A stretch of DNA of 64,000 nucleotides from Albugo candida (taxonomy: Eukaryota): assembly GCA_040437565.1 (NCBI GenBank), contig JBDOQK010000002.1:558001-622000 (forward strand). The letters are read 5' to 3'. This document shows positions 54,844 through 64,000 of this stretch, piece after piece. Every line of letters begins with the position of its first letter. The stretch's first letter is position 1. Both the position numbers and the translations under genes were made by a program. Below the pieces are notes generated by a model. That model was not told the DNA's origin and did not search any database. It saw only the letters and a list, made by a program, of their open reading frames with translations.

Positions 54844-57800
54844 ATGTGTGCTTTGTTCTATGACTATAGGGTACAGATACCCGAAGGTCAACATCAAGTG
54901 TGCTGCGAGTGGAATGAATCAGATGCGATCTTGGCAGTAGGGATGGAAAATCACGAGATACATTGCTACACAGATGAGGTGAATAGAAGACTTATATCGT
55001 TAAGTAGATCTTACCATCTTCGTTTTAGGGTGAAAAATGTGTGGGCACTACTTCCCATTCTAGAGCCGCTGATATTGTTGCAATGGCATGGCAACCGCGC
55101 AGTGGCGCCCTTGCGGTTGGATGGAGTGACGGTATCAAGATTATTTTGAGCTTCATCGGAATAATTTGTGATGTCTTGTCAATAATGAGTATGTAGGAAT
55201 GGTATCAGTTTGGCTATACAAAAGTGGACAAGCCCGTGAGGTCAATTCCCCTCATACTACCCGTGTCAACCTCGTAAAGTGGTCCCCGTCTGGTAATCGG
55301 CTTTTCACGTCTGATGAGAATGGACTTTTCGTGGTCTGGAAAGTGGATAGTCGATCACAAATTACGTTGGCGACCCGATACACGCGTCAAGGGAAGTTCA
55401 CACATTGTGTGTTTGCGATGAGCGTGGCACAACGAGCGAAAGAGAAAAAGAGGTGAGCAGAAAATGTTTTGGAATGGCTCCATAGTCGTACTACGTTTTG
55501 ATTATATATAGCGAGCTTTTTTCACAGCATGTCTGCCCTTCGTTCTTCTTTGGTGGCGAACTTGGATCGGTGCATCACGCTGATGACTTGGGCCATATCT
55601 CGGATTTACAGGTGCTCAATCATGCTATTGATGCAATGGTTTTCAACGAAGAGAACGACAGTCTCATTGTTATCACGAGAGGATCTCAATTGATAGTTTT
55701 CCAAGTTCAAGCGAACGATAGGAGCGTAAAAGTCACCCACAGAGTGAAATTGAGCCTTGCGGGTGACAATAGTTTACGTGAAGCGAAATGGGCTGGAACA
55801 GTACTTTTGGCGATTGCCTCTGGAGAATCTTTGATTCGATTTTGGAACGTGCAGACGGAGCAAAGTAGCTTCCTCAGCCTCCCCAAATCTGAGAGCATCT
55901 TATCACATCAAGTGAACACGATCGATTTTAATGCAAAAAGGCGCATTTTGGCCGCTGGAACAGCACAAGGTTTTATTTTGTTGTGGCGATGTACGACAGT
56001 GAAGGCTATAACAACAGAAAGTAGCAAACCATACGACAATCTCGACTATCGCTGGGATCTTCTCTTCACCTTTGATCAATCTGTGAGTGTGTTGAAGATA
56101 TGCTGGAGCCCCATTTTTCCAGCATTGTATGCCAGCACAGAGAAGGAAGTTCTTTTGCTGCATGAAGGTACTATGCAGCATGTCTTCAACCATGATATAT
56201 CCGTCATACAAAATCGACCGTCATCCTTTGTAATTGAAAAATTTCAGGATGGAACCCTCACACAAAGCATGGTGGAGACAGCCTTCAAAAGCATAAAAGG
56301 AATCTCGCACGATGGACTGTCCGTTGTTGTATGGAATGGGTCACATGCCGAGATTTATGACATACGGAGCAGTCTTGTAAAACGTCTCAACATTTTTGAA
56401 TGTTCTTCCAACTCGATAGTATTAAGCGGTGACTCTATTTATCGTACTTCAGGCAATCATGTTGAGATTTGCAACCTGCAGGGTATTGTAAAAAACACGA
56501 TCTCATTTACCGAAGCTGAAGGTCAACCACAACTTCTTTCTATCAACAACAAGTTTTTAGCAGTTGGTACTGATCGTTGTTCTATACGAGTATACGATTT
56601 GTCACGTCGTGAACCAAAAGCTACAGGGAGTATGGGAAATTTGTCGGTCGCGCTAGATGGAAACTTGGGATCGAGAGAAAAAGCTGGAAAGAAAACAAGC
56701 GATTTAAGCCACTGCTTTGAGATGTGTATGATATCTGTCAATGCCGACGGAACAAGAGTATGTATCATTGCCGAAAAACTCGAAGGCTCGATGCATTTTC
56801 GACTACCAGCAAGCAAATTGGTTGTGTTCCAAACCGAGCTAAATATTTTTCAGGAATACGATTTTGGGCGAAATCGTATGCTTATTTCGTCGTACTTTGA
56901 TCCGCAAGAACCACGACTTCTTGCTTGCGAAACGCGCAAAATCCGCCACGAGCGAGATTCAGCCATGGAGAATTCCACCAAGGGTATTTCAAACAGCGAC
57001 ATTGGTGCAAGACGGGACGAAGCTGCACAAAGCGGAACAGCTGTTATCGCAGAGAACGAGATAACAATCTTGTTTGCATCGAATGAGCATGGCCTTTTGA
57101 TTCATGATAGTTTCGAGTTGGATCAAAAATACAGCGCATTATTGGGACTTCATGTTCCACGTATCTTCCTTGTCGCTCAGGTAGACGCAGCCGAAACAGT
57201 TTTGACAAATTCAGAAAAGACCGAATCTGCAAGGTCTTCAACAGTATCGTACCTCCGTACAAAGACAATGCGAGACTTTGTCGGATCAGATAAAATGGAT
57301 GAAACCTCGAGACAGGCCATGATTGATTTCTGTTATTACATGACAATTGGAAACATGGACGAGGCGTATCGCTCTGTTAAATTGATCGAAAACGCATCTG
57401 TCTGGGAAAATATGGCCCATATGTGTGTCAAGACCAAGCAACTTGATGTTGCTCAAGTATGTTTGGGGAACATGGGTCACGCTCGGGGAGCCATTGCCGT
57501 ACAAGATGCCCGACAAGAACCTGAAAGTGAAGCTGCAATCGCTATGGTTGCTATCCAACTCGGCTTGCGAGACGATGCGGCGCGATTGTATCGTGAGTGT
57601 GGAAGGTACGATTTATTGAACAAGCTTTATCGGGCCAGTGGAATATGGTCCAAAGCAATATCTCTTGCTGAGAAAAAAGATCGCATTCATCTAAAGAATA
57701 CACACTATCATTTTGGACGTCATTTCGAGGATCTTGGAGACGTTGATGAAGCTATAAAAGCATACGAAGACGCAGGAACTCATCAAAAAGATGTACCAAG

Positions 57801-60800
57801 AATGCTCTACAAAATGGGTAAAATGGAGCTGTTGAAAAAGTATGTTGACAACAGCAACGATAATGATGCTCTCATTTGGTGGGCACATTTTGAAGAAAGT
57901 CAAGGTCATTTTGATCGTGCAATAGAGGCATACAAACGTGCCAAAGACTNNNNNNNNNNNNNNNNNNNNNNNNNNNNNNNNNNNNNNNNNNNNNNNNNNN
58001 NNNNNNNNNNNNNNNNNNNNNNNNNNNNNNNNNNNNNNNNNNNNNNNNNTTTGGACGTCATTTCGAGGATCTTGGAGACGTTGATGAAGCTATAAAAGCA
58101 TACGAAGACGCAGGAACTCATCAAAAAGATGTACCAAGAATGCTCTACAAAATGGGTAAAATGGAGCTGTTGAAAAAGTATGTTGACAACAGCAACGATA
58201 ATGATGCTCTCATTTGGTGGGCACATTTTGAAGAAAGTCAAGGTCATTTTGATCGTGCAATAGAGGCATACAAACGTGCCAAAGACTATCTAAGTCTAGT
58301 TCGTGTGCTCTGCATCGAAAATGATTTTCAGCAAGCTGTACAAATTGTGAAAAAAACCGAAAACCGCGCAGCTGCGTACCACTTGGCTCGACAATTTGAG
58401 GCAATAAATGACATTGGGAGTGCCATTCATTTCTTTGCATTTGGTGGGTGCTATAATCATGCGATTCGCCTTGCAAAGAGCCATCAAATGGATTCGGATC
58501 TTATGGCCTTTGCTGTCATGAGCAAACCGAGAGAGATACTTGAATGTGCTAGATACTTTGATCAAAAAGGAGAGTATGAGAAAGCAGTGCAATTGTATCA
58601 TAAAGGAGGAGATGGCTCACAAGCATTAGAATTGTGTTTCAAGGCACAACTCTTCGATGAGCTGCATTATCTGACAAAACAATTAGGTATCGAACAAATT
58701 CCACAAACATTGCTGAAAAAAAGTATCGACTTTTTTGAAAAGAATGATCAGTATGAAAAAGCTGTGCATTTGGGTCTGATGGCGGGCAGAATACTGGAAG
58801 CGCTCAATCTTTGCATAAATCATGACGTAAGGATTACGGAAGAAATGGCCGAAGAAATGACTCCAGTGAAAGGTGAAGAAAATGCTCTGGATAAAAAACA
58901 ACGCAACGAAATTCTACTCAAGCTTGCCAAATGTTGCAAACACCAAGGGTCTTATCATCTTGCGACTAAAAAGTACACACAAGCAGGAAATAAACTCAAG
59001 GCTATGAAATGTTTATTGAAATCGGGTGATGTTGAGAAGGTAATTTTCTTTGCTAATGTCTCGCGCAATCCCGAAATATACGTACTGGCTGGACATTATC
59101 TGCAAACCCTAAATTGGCACGAAGATGCAGATCTGTTCAAAACCATTGTCAATTTCTACATTAAAGCGAAAGCTCTGGAGCCGTTATCAAGCTTTTATGT
59201 GTCTTGTGCTCAGACGGATATTGAAGACCATCAGGACTATCATAAAGCAGTCAAATCTCTGCAGGAAGGGATCAAAGTCGTTTCGAAAATATCGGGTTCT
59301 AGTAGCAGTGCCCTGCGTGAACGAGTAACAAGAGGCCTGCAGCGTCGTGTAGAATTGATTGATCGTTTTGTATCGATACAAAATCAAACTTCTTCCAGAA
59401 ATGATGCAAGCGCCGAGACCATCCCATTGCTGGAAGCATTGCTCGAAGAACAAGACCTTGCCGTCACTATCCAAATTGGCGATGCATGTGGGCTACTAGT
59501 CAGGTTATGCTATGATGAAAAAAACTATGGAAAGTGTGCAGAAGTATTAAGCTTGATGAAGAATGATAAACAGCTAGACGTCAAGAAGTATGTCGATTCG
59601 AACGTTTTGCAAGTTCTGAAGGAAAAGAATTTCTTTCATATTAATGACAAAGCGGGTCGGCAAGTTGGAGTGAAGCGAAATGAACTAGCAGGAAGTAATA
59701 TGAGGCTCGNNNNNNNNNNNNNNNNNNNNNNNNNNNNNNNNNNNNNNNNNNNNNNNNNNNNNNNNNNNNNNNNNNNNNNNNNNNNNNNNNNNNNNNNNNN
59801 NNNNNNNNNATTTCTTTGCATTTGGTGGGTGCTATAATCATGCGATTCGCCTTGCAAAGAGCCATCAAATGGATTCGGATCTTATGGCCTTTGCTGTCAT
59901 GAGCAAACCGAGAGAGATACTTGAATGTGCTAGATACTTTGATCAAAAAGGAGAGTATGAGAAAGCAGTGCAATTGTATCATAAAGGAGGAGATGGCTCA
60001 CAAGCATTAGAATTGTGTTTCAAGGCACAACTCTTCGATGAGCTGCATTATCTGACAAAACAATTAGGTATCGAACAAATTCCACAAACATTGCTGAAAA
60101 AAAGTATCGACTTTTTTGAAAAGAATGATCAGTATGAAAAAGCTGTGCATTTGGGTCTGATGGCGGGCAGAATACTGGAAGCGCTCAATCTTTGCATAAA
60201 TCATGACGTAAGGATTACGGAAGAAATGGCCGAAGAAATGACTCCAGTGAAAGGTGAAGAAAATGCTCTGGATAAAAAACAACGCAACGAAATTCTACTC
60301 AAGCTTGCCAAATGTTGCAAACACCAAGGGTCTTATCATCTTGCGACTAAAAAGTACACACAAGCAGGAAATAAACTCAAGGCTATGAAATGTTTATTGA
60401 AATCGGGTGATGTTGAGAAGGTAATTTTCTTTGCTAATGTCTCGCGCAATCCCGAAATATACGTACTGGCTGGACATTATCTGCAAACCCTAAATTGGCA
60501 CGAAGATGCAGATCTGTTCAAAACCATTGTCAATTTCTACATTAAAGCGAAAGCTCTGGAGCCGTTATCAAGCTTTTATGTGTCTTGTGCTCAGACGGAT
60601 ATTGAAGACCATCAGGACTATCATAAAGCAGTCAAATCTCTGCAGGAAGGGATCAAAGTCGTTTCGAAAATATCGGGTTCTAGTAGCAGTGCCCTGCGTG
60701 AACGAGTAACAAGAGGCCTGCAGCGTCGTGTAGAATTGATTGATCGTTTTGTATCGATACAAAATCAAACTTCTTCCAGAAATGATGCAAGCGCCGAGAC

Positions 60801-61173
60801 CATCCCATTGCTGGAAGCATTGCTCGAAGAACAAGACCTTGCCGTCACTATCCAAATTGGCGATGCATGTGGGCTACTAGTCAGGTTATGCTATGATGAA
60901 AAAAACTATGGAAAGTGTGCAGAAGTATTAAGCTTGATGAAGAATGATAAACAGCTAGACGTCAAGAAGTATGTCGATTCGAACGTTTTGCAAGTTCTGA
61001 AGGAAAAGAATTTCTTTCATATTAATGACAAAGCGGGTCGGCAAGTTGGAGTGAAGCGAAATGAACTAGCAGGAAGTAATATGAGGCTCGATGAGGATCA
61101 TAAAATGGCCAATTGGGATATGAAGGATGAGGTAGGAGATGAAGTGAATGAAGAAATCGAAGAGGATACGTAG
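54844..61173 (+). CDS. IFT140: Intraflagellar transport protein 140 (IFT-A; WD40 + TPR), interrupted by two gaps with overlap duplications
   Basis: M.LFYDY; WD40 N-terminus; MRDFVG; IGNMDEAYRSVKLI...VWENMA.MCVKTK.LDVA.VCLGNMGHARGA; DRIHLKNT; HLATKKYTQAGNKLKAMK.LLKSGD.EK.IFFA.VSR. Confidence 0.96.
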
Positions 61174-61314
61174 GATAAAGTGAACCTAGAGTGCACCAGT
61201 CCTTATTTTTAAAAATAGGGTCCTCCCTTCTTGATTCGGTTAGTATGAACGGTTTCATGTCGCGAAGAAATGCTCGAGTTCTAGTGACTCGTTTTGTATC
61301 GCTAAAATAGAGCG

Positions 61315-62472
61315 ATGCCGGAGAATCTCGTGCATGAATCGAGCGACATTGATGTCTGCAACACATCATATTGGACTTGCCCTGCATGTAATTGCATCAT
61401 GGTTGTGGATTCCGAAGCATTGCAACAAGAATCTGATGCAAGTCCTAAAAATATTGGGACCGAGTTCCATTCGAAAGCCATAGAGGCGAAAAAATTTCCG
61501 CGCTGTGGTGAATGCAATAGGTGACGTGGTATAGTTTATATACATAATCAATACGTTTTGATGATGTTTGTGCACGTTGACAGCAAAATACCGGCTCGAA
61601 TTGGAATCCATGATTTTCAAGCAAAAATTGACGACGAAAAAGAACGCATGATTTCGTGGCAAAATCATACGAACGAAGCAGCGGTGATCTTGCAATCATT
61701 CACACGCGTTTTGTCAGCTCGTCAAGAGTACAATCGGCGCATATACAGGAAAAATCGTATCCTGATGAAAAAGAACGCGGCAGCTACACTTATTCAGAAA
61801 CGTATTCGGGGCTTAACATGCAGAAGGCGATGTTTTATCAAGCGATGCTTTTTACTAATCAAAACGATGCATCCATTGATCTTTGTTTATACTTTAACAC
61901 ATCATTCTGTCGAAGATCACTTTCCGTGGTATAGATGCCAAAGTAATGTGGATAAACTTCATAATAAGTACTGCGCAATTCAGCTTCGGAATGGAACTCT
62001 TTGCGCCATATTGGCTGCTGAGAATAGTGTGATCGAGTTTTTGAAATACATGCTACTTCGGGAGAGGTATTTGGTCTGCCGGATGCAAGCAGCCTGGAAA
62101 GGCTTTGTTCAACGACGAATGTACCTAAAGCTACACCGAGAGAGAGGTTGGCTGAGATCTTTGCAATTTTCCTATGCAATTAAAATACAGCGAGCATACA
62201 GGAGCTACGTTGCTAGAGCGCATATCAAAATCATGCGACAAAATAAGCTTCTCGAGAGACACAAGCAGACATATTTATGGGAGAGAAAACAGAGGTTATC
62301 AGCGGAAAAGCTGAGGCAAAGTCACGCACAAATACAGAGCATGTACCAGTTACAATACAGGTATGATCGAACAATGAGACAAGTAGGCGCTCCCGGTTTT
62401 AGCATGAAGGCCGACACCAGTAAAACATTACGAAAGCCACGATCAAGCGCCAAAATATTCTGTATCACATAG
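61315..62472 (+). CDS. IQ-motif protein with N-terminal CxxC...CxxC zinc finger
   Basis: Exon 1 WTCPACNC...RCGECNR; IQ-like motifs LQSFTRVLSAR, IQKRIRGLTCR, MQAAWKGFVQR, IQRAYRSYVAR. Confidence 0.75.
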
Positions 62473-62511
62473 TACCAAGTTTGAAACTACATACGAGAAC
62501 TTGTAGTATCA

Positions 62512-63560
62512 ATGTGGTAGGATCGATATCGACACATTGTCTTGTCAGCGATTATGCTTGTTAGTCTTGCTATGGCAAAGCCGTCTAGCACCGTAAATTT
62601 CTGCACATTGAGATTAAAGCTTTCCAAGCAAAAAATTTGAGACGAACTTCGACAGTTTGAGACCAATTGAACAATGATTTAATGAAGCATGTTGAAATTG
62701 AAGCTCAAATAAGAAGGAAAAAGAAAAGCAGTGTCCGCTTTCGTACAGAAATAGCAGGATTGGTGCAGAAAGAATTCGGCAAATAAATATTCAGCGATGG
62801 TTCAATATGCGCTACAGGCCATGATATTCTCGCCAGAGAGTGCCACAATTAAGTATCTGTCTTTTTGCCTTCACTAAGATTGGCCGTTCATGCAGCAAAA
62901 CAAGCCGTTGAAGCTTTGCATATACGCTATAGGTATTCCCACGACACAGAGTAGTAAATCACGTGAATAAGTAACTCGGCCTGCTAAGTAGCATGTTCTA
63001 AATGGCTGCTAGCAAAGGATATTGATTGCGTAGGAATATTGACCGGATAGTCTGAACATTGAAGTTCCTTGCTCGCAAATAAATCAAGATTTATCTGCTG
63101 CAGAAAGCAGCACGCAATTATCGAGGTCCGTACACAAAAAAGGTGGTTATTGGGTAGAAAAATGAACCTGCATAGCTGTATAGTCCAGTTCAGCAGAATG
63201 CGCTTACTAAGATCCCAAAGAAATCAAAAGAACTTTGTCGAATATTCAGTTGAGCAAAATAATGAGCGACAAGGATGCGACGCTCGTTGAGGAAATCATT
63301 CTTACGAGAACTGGGGCTCTATCCAAACAAGTTGACGAAGCATTCCAATATAAGAAATAAGCATACGCTAGAGGTCGGATGAAGCCACATCATTTGAAGA
63401 GCGAATTATAGACCTCGCGATGGTAAAAAAAATTAGGCGCGGGCACGAAAAGATGTGTTTTCACGGCAGTTCGATTAATCAGTCCTGTCATTGCATACAA
63501 CTCGCCACAAAATTTCGACAATGAATTGTATGAGCTTTCTACTTACATTCAAAAATGATC
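62512..63560 (+). pseudogene. Possible decayed secreted-protein gene
   Basis: ATG-TGG-TAG followed in frame by signal-peptide-like DRYRHIVLSAIMLVSLAMAKP; downstream protein-like fragments broken by stops and frameshifts. Confidence 0.25.
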
Positions 63561-64000
63561 AAAAGACGGAACTGGTCGCATATAAAGAAGTACTCGAATT
63601 ACTACCGTAGCACATAATAATTCATATGAATGGGATTAGTGCCAGATTATGCCAACGGATGCTAAGAAGTAACTACGAGATATTTTAATTCACTGGCATT
63701 TTCTGGTATCCTTTGTTTCAACGAGAGCACCAATTGATCGCTTCTTACTGCATGTGTAGCAAGAGAGTATTGATGGGATGATGATATTCGGATCCTGGCT
63801 CTTCTTTGCAACTGTACTTTCAACTTCAGCGTGCTTCTTCCACAGGAGCATAATCATCTCTCTCAGTGTCCAAGGTGAGGGTTTCTATCCAAACATAGCT
63901 AATCACATGTATGTGAAATACATTTACAAATCTGTCGCAGTGCTCGTACTTGTGACACAACTCAAAAGGCTTATCATTTCTTGCACAAGAAAAACAATCG

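Larger units (their letters stand above)
3656..59809. other. Eleven 100-N scaffold gaps, most flanked by direct overlap duplications
   Basis: Gaps start at 3874, 4884, 9474, 10008, 34811, 37087, 39847, 45805, 52388, 57950 and 59710; sequence after a gap usually restarts upstream (overlaps from about 18 bp to about 1.28 kb); no overlap seen at 37087. Confidence 0.95.

Noticed and set aside
57712-61090. Apparent tandem duplication or split of IFT140
   Set aside because: Copies look identical and abut 100-N gaps (offsets 338 and 1381), as expected for unmerged contig overlaps.
381-62179. Numerous short antisense or alternate-frame ORFs in the track
   Set aside because: They are shadows of real CDSs or read-through into introns and have no independent motifs.

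Overview
Eukaryotic, very gene-dense DNA with short GT-AG introns (mostly about 40-100 nt) and intergenic gaps often under 150 bp. Gene content (START-like protein, IFT140, tandem OSCA/TMEM63, ERG8-type phosphomevalonate kinase, plant-like FAAH and FRO) points to a compact, flagellated oomycete genome, possibly Albugo-like (inference). About 25 protein genes are supported: two AAxxG coiled-coil proteins, MTHFS, FAAH, JmjC, an NDUFA7-like subunit, an ACB-domain protein, a calpain-like protein, two OSCA channels, a CID protein, PMK, PP2C, organellar EF-P, USP39, p24, Obg, F-box-SPRY, ferric reductase, RPL35A, a DHX33-like helicase, a 4xWW protein, NSE2, CSN7, a BCDIN3D-like methyltransferase, START, IFT140 and an IQ protein. 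There are eleven 100-N gaps, most flanked by overlap duplications that are probably assembly artefacts. Most notable: (1) a calpain whose catalytic Cys and His are replaced (Ala, Cys) and which carries zinc ribbons and five half-LIM-like GRFDGR repeats; (2) a BCDIN3D-like RNA methyltransferase with a dsRBD inserted inside the catalytic fold; (3) a near-perfect non-coding 117-bp tandem array just upstream of the ferric reductase; (4) two proteins with a dynein-adaptor-like CC1 box; (5) a bacterial-type EF-P with a mitochondrial-like presequence. All calls come from motif recognition by eye; no database search was run, and exon boundaries are approximate.
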